Translations under genes and position numbers: made by a program
NCBI GenBank assembly: GCA_965248195.1
Contig: CBDFIQ010000002.1
Coordinates: forward strand, 1,216,001-1,280,000
From: Longimicrobiales bacterium
GTDB taxonomy: Bacteria > Gemmatimonadota > Gemmatimonadetes > Longimicrobiales > Gaopeijiaceae
Reading direction: 5' to 3'
Length of the DNA stretch: 64,000 bases
Part shown: one piece after another, positions 40,892-49,731 of the stretch
How positions within the stretch are numbered: position 1 is the first letter of the stretch
Layout: every line of letters begins with the position of its first letter
Notes under the pieces: model-generated
Told to the model about the DNA's origin: nothing
Seen by the model: the letters and a program-made list of their open reading frames with translations, nothing else
Databases searched by the model: none

Positions 40892-41341
40892 ATGTTGGGA
40901 CTGCGAGAGAGAATGGAAGAGAATGGTAGTGCCCCTGGAATCGGGGAGGCCAAGCGAAGCGCGGCAGCTCCTGCGGACCCGGAGGTAGTAGATAGGCCGC
41001 TACGCCGGCGGTTCAGTCCATCGTACAAGCTGCGGATCGTCGAAGAAGCGGACCGGTGCACCGAGCCCGGCGAGGTGGGTCAGCTCCTGCGGCGCGAGGG
41101 CCTGTACTCGTCGCACCTGACGACGTGGCGCAAGGCGGCGCATAGCGGGTCGCTGAAGGCCCTGTCGAAGAAACGCGGCCGCAAGCCGGAGCGGAATCCG
41201 CTGGATGAGAAGGTACGCAAGCTGGAGCGGCAAAACGCACGGCTCGAGAATGAGCTCAGGAAGGCACACCTGATCATCGACGTGCAGGGAAAAGTTGCGG
41301 GGCTGCTGGGGATAAGCCTCGACGACGGGACGAACTCTTGA
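40892..41341 (+). CDS. IS3-family transposase OrfA (HTH, coiled coil)
   Basis: RRRFSPSYKLRIV, LLRREGLYSSHLTTWRK. Confidence 0.85.
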   Translation: MLGLRERMEENGSAPGIGEAKRSAAAPADPEVVDRPLRRRFSPSYKLRIVEEADRCTEPGEVGQLLRREGLYSSHLTTWRKAAHSGSLKALSKKRGRKPERNPLDEKVRKLERQNARLENELRKAHLIIDVQGKVAGLLGISLDDGTNS

Positions 41342-42345
41342 AGGCGGCCGATGAGCTGGCTAAGCACGTCGGTGTAAAACCGGCGTGCGCGGCTCTCGAG
41401 GTCTCCCGATCGACGTTCTACCGTCGTCGAGGCCCATCGACCGGGCAACGGCAGCCCCGCCCGACGCCCGCCCGGGCATTGAGCGAGACGGAACGAGGCG
41501 AGGTCTTCGACACGCTGTGTTCGGAGCGGTTCGTGGACCGCTCACCCGCCGAGGTGGTGGCCACGCTGCTCGACGAAGAGGTCTACCTGTGCAGCGAACG
41601 CACGATGTATCGTGTTCTGGCCTCCGAGGTGCCGGTTCAGGAACGCCGGGCGCAGCGCACCCATCCCGAGTACAAGAAGCCCGAGTTGATGGCCACGGCG
41701 CCGAACCAGGTGTGGTCCTGGGATATCACGCGGCTACTCGGGCCGAAGAAGTGGAGCTATTACTACCTCTACGTCATCATGGACATCTACAGCCGCTACG
41801 TCGTGGGCTGGATGGTGGCGGACCGGGAGAACTCGGCCCTGGCCGGCCGGTTGATCCAGCAGAGCTGCCTGAAGCATGGCGTCCAGCCCCGGGTCCTGAC
41901 CCTGCACTCGGATCGGGGAGCTCCAATGACGAGCCAATGCACCGCTCAACTTCTCGCTGACCTCGGCGTGACTCGCTCGTTGAGCCGGCCTCAGGTGTCG
42001 GATGACAACCCGTTTTCCGAGGCTCAGTTCAAAACCTTGAAGTACCATCCCTCGTTTCCCGGGCGGTTCGGGGATCAGGGCCAGGCCAAGACGTTGTGTC
42101 GATCGTTCTTCCGCTGGTACAATGCCGAGCACCGCCATGGCGGTATCTCGATGCTAACCCCCGAGCAGGTCCACTTCGGGAACGCCGATCAGGTCATTGC
42201 CGGCAGGAAATCCGTGCTCCGCGAAGCATGGGCCGCTCATCCCGAACGCTTCGTCACAGGTGTGCCGAAGCCCAAACCGCTCCCGGAGGCCGTCTACATC
42301 AATCCTCCCATCCCTTCCCTCACCACACAGGATATTGCTCTCTAA
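41338..42345 (+). CDS. IS3-family transposase OrfB (DDE/rve)
   Basis: PNQVWSWDIT, DIYSRYVVGW, LHSDRG, DNPFSEAQFKTLK; in the -1 frame relative to OrfA. Confidence 0.92.
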   Translation: MKAADELAKHVGVKPACAALEVSRSTFYRRRGPSTGQRQPRPTPARALSETERGEVFDTLCSERFVDRSPAEVVATLLDEEVYLCSERTMYRVLASEVPVQERRAQRTHPEYKKPELMATAPNQVWSWDITRLLGPKKWSYYYLYVIMDIYSRYVVGWMVADRENSALAGRLIQQSCLKHGVQPRVLTLHSDRGAPMTSQCTAQLLADLGVTRSLSRPQVSDDNPFSEAQFKTLKYHPSFPGRFGDQGQAKTLCRSFFRWYNAEHRHGGISMLTPEQVHFGNADQVIAGRKSVLREAWAAHPERFVTGVPKPKPLPEAVYINPPIPSLTTQDIAL

Positions 42346-42824
42346 TTAATCCCGTAGAGTGTCCCATTGTCGTTGACAGGTTCCGGAGGACCTGATTCGT
42401 TGTGTCGAACAGGGACATGCTGGAGCGCAGTCTGCGCTCGGATTGAAGTACGCCAGTGGTGCGGGCGTCACGGAGGACGACGTCGAAGCCGTGCGCTGGT
42501 ACCGGTTAGCCGCCGAGCAAGGATATGCTGAAGCCCAGTGGCTCCTCGGAACCATGTATGGCGATGGTGATGGGGTGCCGGCAGATGACGTTCTCGCCTA
42601 TATGTGGTTCATGCTGTCCGGAGCCCAAGGTCACGGTTCGGCGCAGGAGAGCAAAGACATAATCGAGGGGCGGATGACTCGTGAACAAATCGCCGAGGCC
42701 CAAAGGCTGTCCCGCGAGTGGATAGAGACGCATCCCCAGGACGAACGGGGGTAACAGAGAGTTACTTTTGGGTGTGAACTGTAAACGTTAGGTTCCAAGC
42801 CGCTAATCCCCTTATTGGAGATTC

Positions 42825-42908
42825 GCCGGGATGGTGGAATTGGTAGACGCACCGGACTCAAAATCCGGCGGGCTTCGGCCCTTGGGGGTTCGAGTCCCCC
42901 TCCCGGCA
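42825..42908 (+). tRNA. tRNA-Leu(CAA)
   Basis: Acceptor gccggga/tcccggc, D-loop TGGTAGAC, anticodon arm ccgga-ctCAAaa-tccgg, long variable arm, GGTTCGAGTCC; CCA not encoded. Confidence 0.95.
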
Positions 42909-43033
42909 CTGGCTTTCCAGCGGTTTTCCACATTGGGCGCCACGAATTTGGACAACTTTCTGGACAAATGGACAGCGCGGCGGTGACGGTTTCTCCAGAG
43001 CTTGAACAAATGGCTCGTCAGGAGGGCTCAGGA

Positions 43034-44020
43034 ATGAACCGCCGTGTACTGCCGCTCATTATCGGCTCGCTTCTTCTCCAGCTGGGCTGCGGAGGTAACG
43101 ACGAGCCTACGGCTCCGACGGGTCCGAGCTTCTCGACGCTTAGCATCACGACGGCGTCGCTACCGAACGCCGTACCGTCTGTTGCCTACAGTGAGACGCT
43201 CTCGGCCACCGGCGGAGACGGGAGTTACACCTGGTCGCTCACGGTCGGCTCGCTGCCGACAGGGTTGAGCCTGAACAGCTCGACCGGGCTCATCTCAGGT
43301 ACGCCGACCGGTTTTAACAGCAGGTTCACGATTCAGGTCGAAAGCGGGGACGGTCAGACCGCGACGCAGGAACTGACGCTCATTGTAGATCCGTGGTGCA
43401 GTGCCCAGCCCGCCACGGCCGTCGTGACGTTCGAGGACGCCATGCTGGAGAATTGGATTAGGGCTGCGCTCTCGGTCGGTGCGCAGGAGCCTCTCACCTG
43501 CGGCCTGGTATCCGGGCTGACGAGTTTAAGTGCCAGGGATGCCGGAATCGTGAGCCTAGTGGGGATCCAGAATCTCACGAACCTGACGAGCCTCGACCTC
43601 CGCCTCAATTTAATCGAGGACATCAGCCCGCTGAGCGGGCTCACGAGCCTGAGGGAACTGTTGGTTTCCTCCAACTCGATCATCGACATCAGCCCGCTGA
43701 GCGGACTCACGAGCCTGAGGGAACTGTTGGTTTCCTCCAACCCGATCACCGACATCAGCCCCCTGAGCGGGCTGATGAGCCTGACGGCCCTCGATCTCGA
43801 CCGCAACTCGATCACCGACATCAGCGCGCTGAGCGGGCTCACGAGCCTGACGAGGCTCGATCTCCACGAGAACCCAGACCTCACCGACATTCAGCCTTTG
43901 CTGGCCAACACAGGGCTCGGAGCAGGCGATTTTGTGGATCTCATCAACACGAACGTGAGTTGCACGGACGTGGCTCTGCTGCAAGCCAAAGCAATGAGAG
44001 TGTCCTCCGACTGTCCGTGA
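43034..44020 (+). CDS. Lipoprotein with putative Ig domain and internalin-like leucine-rich repeats
   Basis: Lipobox QLGC; ITTASLP..YSETLSATGG..LPTGLSL..GLISGTPT; 22-aa LRRs DISPLSGLTSLxxL. Confidence 0.88.
   Translation: MNRRVLPLIIGSLLLQLGCGGNDEPTAPTGPSFSTLSITTASLPNAVPSVAYSETLSATGGDGSYTWSLTVGSLPTGLSLNSSTGLISGTPTGFNSRFTIQVESGDGQTATQELTLIVDPWCSAQPATAVVTFEDAMLENWIRAALSVGAQEPLTCGLVSGLTSLSARDAGIVSLVGIQNLTNLTSLDLRLNLIEDISPLSGLTSLRELLVSSNSIIDISPLSGLTSLRELLVSSNPITDISPLSGLMSLTALDLDRNSITDISALSGLTSLTRLDLHENPDLTDIQPLLANTGLGAGDFVDLINTNVSCTDVALLQAKAMRVSSDCP
43619..43882 (+). repeat. Four tandem 66-bp LRR-coding repeats
   Basis: Units start at 43619, 43685, 43751, 43817; units 1 and 2 differ at 3 of 66 nt. 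Confidence 0.9.
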
Positions 44021-44225
44021 AGCCCCGCCAGATCAGAAGTGCTCGCGGAGGATGGGTCGAAGCGCCTGCGTGATCGGCACCCAGCGACCGCGGCCCGTCT
44101 TCGTGCGATGGCCGTCCCTGGAGCTATCGATCCAGATGAAGCCTTCCTCTTCGAGGTCACCGTGTGGACAAGATTTGGACAAGAAAAACGTCCGGAACGT
44201 CATCTGCCGACGAATTTTTCTCCCC

Positions 44226-44648
44226 TCAGCGACCCATCCCTCTCGTCGACACTTCTATGACCCCGCCTGGATAGCCAGTACCGTATTTGGTGGTCGCGTC
44301 GGGAGCAGAGAGGTACCGAAGGGTCTCGATGTTTTCAGGAAAGAATCGGCGGAGTTCCCCGAGCTCACCACGGATCGTTCCGTCGACCACGACTCGCGCG
44401 AAGCTAGTTCCAGCGTAAACGCTGGCGCCTCTTTGGGGTTGTAGCCAACGAGGGCGAAGCCTGTCGACGGCGTCCCAGAGGCTTCCGCCCGGAAGTTCTT
44501 CGAGTTCGGCTCGGACGATCAGACTCGAGTTCCCCCGGGCGGCTCTTGCGGATGTTTGTTCCCTCTCTTCCGAGGATATACCCCCAGACGAAGCACAAGC
44601 CAACACGGCGAGGGCCAAAACGAGTGATGCACAGCGACGGAAAGACAT
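44226..44648 (-). CDS. Lipoprotein with stand-alone TonB-plug-like domain (paralog B)
   Basis: Clear paralog of 40216-40638 (MSFxRCASLVLALAV, YLSAPDATTKYGTGYPGGVIEV identical). Confidence 0.75.
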   Translation of the reverse strand: MSFRRCASLVLALAVLACASSGGISSEEREQTSARAARGNSSLIVRAELEELPGGSLWDAVDRLRPRWLQPQRGASVYAGTSFARVVVDGTIRGELGELRRFFPENIETLRYLSAPDATTKYGTGYPGGVIEVSTRGMGR

Positions 44649-45069
44649 GAGCGGCCCCCCTCTCTGTTATGACCGCAATACCGTACCCTAAAACGGTGAT
44701 CTACCCCGCGCCTTGTCAAGGATCTCCCGACTCCGTGAAGAGCCGGGCCTCCGGAGCGGTGAGTCGCCCGAATCTTGCGGCGGAGTACGGCGAACTTTAG
44801 CCTGAAGCTTGATGTAGCCGAAGCCGCTTCTCTTTTCGACGCGGGGGGTGAGTCATGGATTGTCGCGAGGGCCTGCATCAGACCTCCCCGTTTGCCGGAT
44901 CAACGGCTGGTTTGCCATCGGCGGGGCTTCGCTCCACATTCGGGAACCTTCTCCGCGCCCCGTCGATTGAGATGACGACCAGCATAACTTCGAGGCCAAT
45001 CTTCCAGACGTACGCCGAATGCTTGGCCACGCGAAGCGAGTACGGTTGGTACGCATTAGTTTGGGGGTG

Positions 45070-45759
45070 ATGATGTTGACTCGACTACCCAGCCTCCCGG
45101 GCATCACACTGGCCGCACCTCTTCCGTTGAGTCGCTTCCCGGTCGGGCTCATTCGGGTCCTGGGCCTGATGGGCCTCGGAGCGGCCGTGCCAGGTGGCTC
45201 TGCCGCACAGGACGTCGACCTCGACGGCGTCGGTTACGTGCTGGGGTCCCCCGAAGCGCCCGTCACCATCGTGGAGCTGGGGGATTTCGGCTGTTGGGCC
45301 TGTGCGCTATTCCATGAGACCACCTGGCCCGCCATCGAGCGGGACTTCGTCCAGACGGGGAGGGTTCAGTGGAGACACGTTCCCTTCCTTTTCGGTCTTC
45401 GCCACGGTGATGATGGGACCAAGGCGGCCGAGTGCGCGGCCGATCAAAGCCGGTACTGGGAGATGCACGACCTGCTCTACACTCGGCATGAGGAGTGGAC
45501 GAAGCCAAGGAACCCGAAGGACTTCCTCCACGCGTATGCGAACGAGCTCGGGTTGGAGTCCGAGGCCTTCAAGACGTGCTACGAGGACGACCACGGAAAG
45601 GGCCGGACCCGGCGGGCCACGCGGGCTGCCGACGATTTGGACGTGAGCGGTACTCCTACCTTCTTCATTAACGGATCCCGGGCGCTCGGGGCGTTGACGA
45701 TTGAGGTGTTCCGTGGTCTGATAGAGGAGGCCGAACGCGCCGCCATGCCGGGCGGCTGA
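45070..45759 (+). CDS. DsbA/BdbD-like thioredoxin-fold protein
   Basis: LGSPEAPVTIVELGDFGCWAC, VSGTPTFFING; start uncertain. Confidence 0.85.
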   Translation: MMLTRLPSLPGITLAAPLPLSRFPVGLIRVLGLMGLGAAVPGGSAAQDVDLDGVGYVLGSPEAPVTIVELGDFGCWACALFHETTWPAIERDFVQTGRVQWRHVPFLFGLRHGDDGTKAAECAADQSRYWEMHDLLYTRHEEWTKPRNPKDFLHAYANELGLESEAFKTCYEDDHGKGRTRRATRAADDLDVSGTPTFFINGSRALGALTIEVFRGLIEEAERAAMPGG

Positions 45760-46036
45760 GGGCCTCCTCCCTCAGGGACCGACGTAGAAGACCTCCGGCG
45801 GGAGCCGTGTCCGGATCCGGGCGCGGCCGTCATTTAGTCCCACTCCCTTCAGCGCATTGGGCAGCCTTTCCGTCTTGTGCTTGCGGCTGTGGGCGCCACC
45901 GCCACGCACTCTTCATCAGCGACCCTGAATCCCCTAACTTAAGCCCTATCCAGCTTCAGAGGCATGGCATTCCGTGCGCTGTCGGATGTCGGTTTCCTGG
46001 GGCACACGGAGCTGTGTGACCGGTAACGGAGAGGAA

Positions 46037-47344
46037 ATGACTGAAAACGGGAGCGGTGGGAAAGATACCCTGACGATCAGGGATAACCGGACCGGGCGGG
46101 AGTACGAGGTCGACATCCACGAGGGCGAGGTCATCCACGCCATGGATCTCCGGCAGATCAAGATCAACGACGACGATTTCGGCATGATGTCGTACGATCC
46201 TGGATTCAAGAACACCGCTTCGACCCGAAGCACCATCTCCTACGTCGATGGTGGGAAGGGAATCCTTGAGTACCGGGGATACCCGATCGAGCAGCTCGCG
46301 GAGCGCAGCACGTTTCTCGAAGTCTCGTATCTGCTGCTGAACGGAGAGTTGCCGACCCAGTCCGAACTGGACGAATTCGTGCACGACCTCACGTACCATA
46401 CCTACGTACACGAGAATATCCGGACGGTCATGAACGGGTTTCGGTACGACGCTCATGCGATGAGCATGTTGATCAGCAGTGTAGCCGCACTTGGAACATT
46501 CTATTCCGAAGCGAGGAACGTTCATAACGCGCAGAACCGGCGCCTTCAAATTCACCGACTGCTGGCGAAGATGCCGACGCTCGCGGCGTTTACGTACCGG
46601 CACCATCAGGGCCTCCCACCCGCGCATCCGGAGAACGAGCTTTCGTACACGGCCAACTTTCTCAACATGCTGTTCCGCATCGGAGAGGGTAAATACAAGG
46701 CGAATCCGGTCGTCGAGCGTGCTTTGGACGTGCTGTTCATCCTCCATGCGGACCACGAGCAGAATTGCTCGGCCACGGCGATGCGCGTCATCGGGAGCAG
46801 TGAGGCGGACCCCTATTCCGCGCTCGCCGGAGCGATGGGAGCGCTTTTCGGGCCGCTCCACGGCGGGGCGAACGAGGCGGTTTTGAGGATGCTCGAGAGG
46901 ATCGGAACGATGGACAATATCCCTGCCTTCATGGAGGGGGTGAAGCGTAAGGAGGAACGCCTGATGGGCTTCGGGCATCGCGTGTACAAAGCATACGATC
47001 CCCGTGCGAGCATCATCAAGCGCACTGCTGAAGAGGTCTTCGAGGTCACAGGGCGAAACCCGCTTCTCGACATGGCGCTCGAGTTGGAGAAGATCGCGCT
47101 AGAGGACGACTTCTTCGTCTCCCGTAACCTGTATCCGAACGTGGATTTTTATTCAGGCCTCATCTACCAGTCACTGGGTTTTCCGGTGGAGATGTTTCCC
47201 GTGCTCTTCGCGATTCCGAGGACAGTCGGTTGGTTGGCACAGTGGGAAGAGCTCGTCGAAGACGAGGAACAGAGCATCGCACGTCCGAGGCAGATCTTTA
47301 CAGGGAGCGACCGGCGCGACTTCGTTCCCGTGGAAAAACGCTAG
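46037..47344 (+). CDS. gltA: Citrate synthase
   Basis: YDPGFKNTAS, LHADHEQNCS, GPLHGGANE, LMGFGHRVYK, YPNVDFYSG. Confidence 0.97.
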   Translation: MTENGSGGKDTLTIRDNRTGREYEVDIHEGEVIHAMDLRQIKINDDDFGMMSYDPGFKNTASTRSTISYVDGGKGILEYRGYPIEQLAERSTFLEVSYLLLNGELPTQSELDEFVHDLTYHTYVHENIRTVMNGFRYDAHAMSMLISSVAALGTFYSEARNVHNAQNRRLQIHRLLAKMPTLAAFTYRHHQGLPPAHPENELSYTANFLNMLFRIGEGKYKANPVVERALDVLFILHADHEQNCSATAMRVIGSSEADPYSALAGAMGALFGPLHGGANEAVLRMLERIGTMDNIPAFMEGVKRKEERLMGFGHRVYKAYDPRASIIKRTAEEVFEVTGRNPLLDMALELEKIALEDDFFVSRNLYPNVDFYSGLIYQSLGFPVEMFPVLFAIPRTVGWLAQWEELVEDEEQSIARPRQIFTGSDRRDFVPVEKR

Positions 47345-47378
47345 GCTGCTCCCCTCCCGCCGCCGCCACGCTGCGCCC

Positions 47379-48263
47379 ATGACCGTTGCGCCGATCGACG
47401 TCGTTCACCTCGGTCTTCGTGGGGCGATCTCGGCTTATTGGATCGACGGCCCCGAGCCGGCGATCGTAGACCCGGGCCCCTCCACCTCGCTCGGTGGCCT
47501 CGAGGATAGCCTGGCCGAACTGGGCGTCGGACTTTCCGACATTCGCCATGTCCTCCTCACGCATGTGCACCTCGATCATGCGGGTGGGACCGGCCACCTG
47601 GTTTCCCGCTTTCCTCACCTCCAGGTGCATGTCCACGCTGATGGGGCGCCGCACATGGCCGATCCCGAGCGCCTCGTGGCCAGCACCCGGAGGACGTTCG
47701 GCGAGGCTCATGACCGCTTGTGGGGAGAGGTCACTCCGGTTTCAGTAGAATGTATTCGACCTTGGGCGCTTGCGGGGCCCTTGCCGGTTCCTGGTGTCCG
47801 GGCGTTTGCCACACCGGGGCACATCTCGCATCATGTATCGTTTTTGGCCGAGGCCGACGGATTCCTCGTAGCTGGCGATGCGTTGGGCGTGATTCTCGCG
47901 CCGGGCGCCCCCACCTATCCGCCGACGCCACCCCCGTCTATTGATGTGCCCGCTTGGTTGGAGACTCTGCACGGCCTCGAGTCGGTTGACCCCGACGCCT
48001 TCGGCGTCTCCCATTTCGGTGTCCATGCCGACTTCGGGGAGCGCCTAATCGCGATGCGGACTGCTCTGTCGGCGCTCCGTGACAGAGTCGAAGCGGCCCT
48101 GGCATCGGGGAACGCGTCCGATCGCGAGGTATATGAGCGCGAAGTTCGGGACGCGATCTCGGAGTTTCGGCCGAAGGACGAGGTGGATGGGTATTTCGAT
48201 GCGTTCAGTGCCGCGGTCGATTGGGATGGGATGCGGCTTTATCTCGAGCGGGCCGCCTCCTGA
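47379..48263 (+). CDS. MBL-fold metallo-hydrolase
   Basis: THVHLDHAGG, TPGH, AGDALG, SHFG. Confidence 0.9.
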   Translation: MTVAPIDVVHLGLRGAISAYWIDGPEPAIVDPGPSTSLGGLEDSLAELGVGLSDIRHVLLTHVHLDHAGGTGHLVSRFPHLQVHVHADGAPHMADPERLVASTRRTFGEAHDRLWGEVTPVSVECIRPWALAGPLPVPGVRAFATPGHISHHVSFLAEADGFLVAGDALGVILAPGAPTYPPTPPPSIDVPAWLETLHGLESVDPDAFGVSHFGVHADFGERLIAMRTALSALRDRVEAALASGNASDREVYEREVRDAISEFRPKDEVDGYFDAFSAAVDWDGMRLYLERAAS

Positions 48264-48370
48264 TCCACGGTGGGGGTTGCTAACCGAGAAGAAACGAATA
48301 GGCTGACAAAGTGGCGCGAATACTGTGCGCCCTTCAGCGGAGGAATGGAAAAGATGCAAGCGGGGAGGCC

Positions 48371-49696
48371 ATGATCGGACGAATCCGCTCCGTTGCCCCT
48401 GTCCCCTTTGTGTATGCAGCCCTGTTTCTCGCCATCACTTCCAGCGGCGATCCCACGGGGCTGGAGAGCCCGGGTGCTGAGAGCGCGGCAGTTGAGAGCC
48501 CGGCGGCCAAGATCACCGAGCTCCCTCGGAGTCTGACCCGGGCCGAGACGGATGCGCTCCAGGCGGCCAACGAGTTCGGCTTGGACCTGCTCCGGCGGTT
48601 GTACGCGGAACGTGAGGACGACGAGGCCAACGTCTTCATCTCGCCGCTCAGCGCGTCCATGTCGCTGGGCATGCTGCTGAACGGAGCGGGGGGCGAGACG
48701 TTCGATGCCATGGGGAACGTGTTGGGCCTGAACGGCCTCCTGGTGGCGGAGGCCAACGCGGCGTACAAGGACCTGATGGAGTTGCTGCTGCGCCTGGATC
48801 CCAGCGTCGAGTTTCGGCTGGCCAACACATCGTGGCTCGAAGAGGGCATGCGGATCCGGCGGGACTACAAGAGCCGAGTCCAGGAGACCTTCGGCGCCCG
48901 GATCGAAAACGTGCGCTTCGAGGAGGCCGACATGGCCAATGCGATCAACGCTTGGGTGGCCGAGAGCACCGAGGGGAGAATTACGGACCTGGTCACGCCC
49001 GAGGAGTTCGCTGGTTTGGTCGCCCTGATGGTCAACACGGCCTACTTCAAGGGGGAATGGAGCGACCCGTTCGACCCCGTTGAGACCGCGATGGTAGAGT
49101 TCCGGCGGGCCGACGGCTCCACGGTGACCGTGCCGATGATGCGCCAGGCGCTGGACGCGCGGGTGGGCGGCGGTGAGGACTACGGTGAGGACTACGTGGC
49201 GGTGGACCTGCCCTACGGTGGGCAGGCCTTCTCGATGATGGTAGTGGTTCCCGTCGGCGAGGGCACGCTGGCCCAACTGGTGGAGGGGATGGATGGGGCA
49301 CGCTGGCAGGAGCTGGTGGACGCGCTGCGCGGCGAGGCGCGAACGGAGGTGCGGCTGCCCCGCTTCGAGCTGACCCACGAGAAGGTACTCAACGATGTCC
49401 TGAAAGCGATGGGCATGGAGGTGGCCTTCGATAGGTCTAATGCGGACTTCGGCTGGATCTTGGGGAACGCCCATCTCCCCGGGCGCCGCGGCGTACCCCA
49501 CATCGGCTGGATGAAACAGAAGACCTTCGTGAAGGTGGATGAGAAGGGCACCGAGACCGCCGCCGCTACGGGTACCGCTTTCGCCGTCTCAGGGACTTCC
49601 GTGCTCCAGGCCGACCGACCGTTTTTGTTTGCCATCCGTGAACGGCTGTCCGGCACGATCCTCTTCGTGGGAACCGTGTCTGACCCGACCGGCTGA
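48371..49696 (+). CDS. Serpin family protein
   Basis: NVFISPLSASMSLGM, INAWVAESTEGRI, NTAYFKGEW, LPRF, VDEKGTETAAAT, ADRPFLFAIRE. Confidence 0.93.
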   Translation: MIGRIRSVAPVPFVYAALFLAITSSGDPTGLESPGAESAAVESPAAKITELPRSLTRAETDALQAANEFGLDLLRRLYAEREDDEANVFISPLSASMSLGMLLNGAGGETFDAMGNVLGLNGLLVAEANAAYKDLMELLLRLDPSVEFRLANTSWLEEGMRIRRDYKSRVQETFGARIENVRFEEADMANAINAWVAESTEGRITDLVTPEEFAGLVALMVNTAYFKGEWSDPFDPVETAMVEFRRADGSTVTVPMMRQALDARVGGGEDYGEDYVAVDLPYGGQAFSMMVVVPVGEGTLAQLVEGMDGARWQELVDALRGEARTEVRLPRFELTHEKVLNDVLKAMGMEVAFDRSNADFGWILGNAHLPGRRGVPHIGWMKQKTFVKVDEKGTETAAATGTAFAVSGTSVLQADRPFLFAIRERLSGTILFVGTVSDPTG

Positions 49697-49731
49697 GTTC
49701 AGGGGGCCCAAGGCCTGGGCGAAAGGACTCC

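Larger units (their letters stand above)
40794..42383 (+). mobile_element. IS3-family insertion sequence, about 1.59 kb
   Basis: OrfA/OrfB pair; starts TGTC; imperfect subterminal IR (ctgccaacgtacgtgagaca vs rc ctgtcaacgacaatgggaca); flanked by CGGA at 40790-40793 and 42384-42387. Confidence 0.88.
40681..42754 (+). pseudogene. Secreted Sel1-repeat protein interrupted by an IS
   Basis: The 5' part (signal peptide...AQDSPSVSCA) joins in frame to EDLIRCVEQGHAGAQSALG..EAVRWYRLAAEQG..LAYMWF when the IS and one CGGA copy are removed. Confidence 0.85.

Noticed and set aside
42815..43033. N-terminal extension of the 401-aa ORF
   Set aside because: It runs through tRNA-Leu; the real start is ATG 43034, with an RBS and signal peptide
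43619..43882. Regular repeats as a possible CRISPR array
   Set aside because: In-frame 66-bp LRR coding units with no unique spacers; no cas genes in the window
44039..44260. 73-aa ORF as an integrase remnant
   Set aside because: No recognisable tyrosine-recombinase catalytic motifs
48239..49501. 420-aa minus-strand ORF
   Set aside because: Antisense shadow of the serpin
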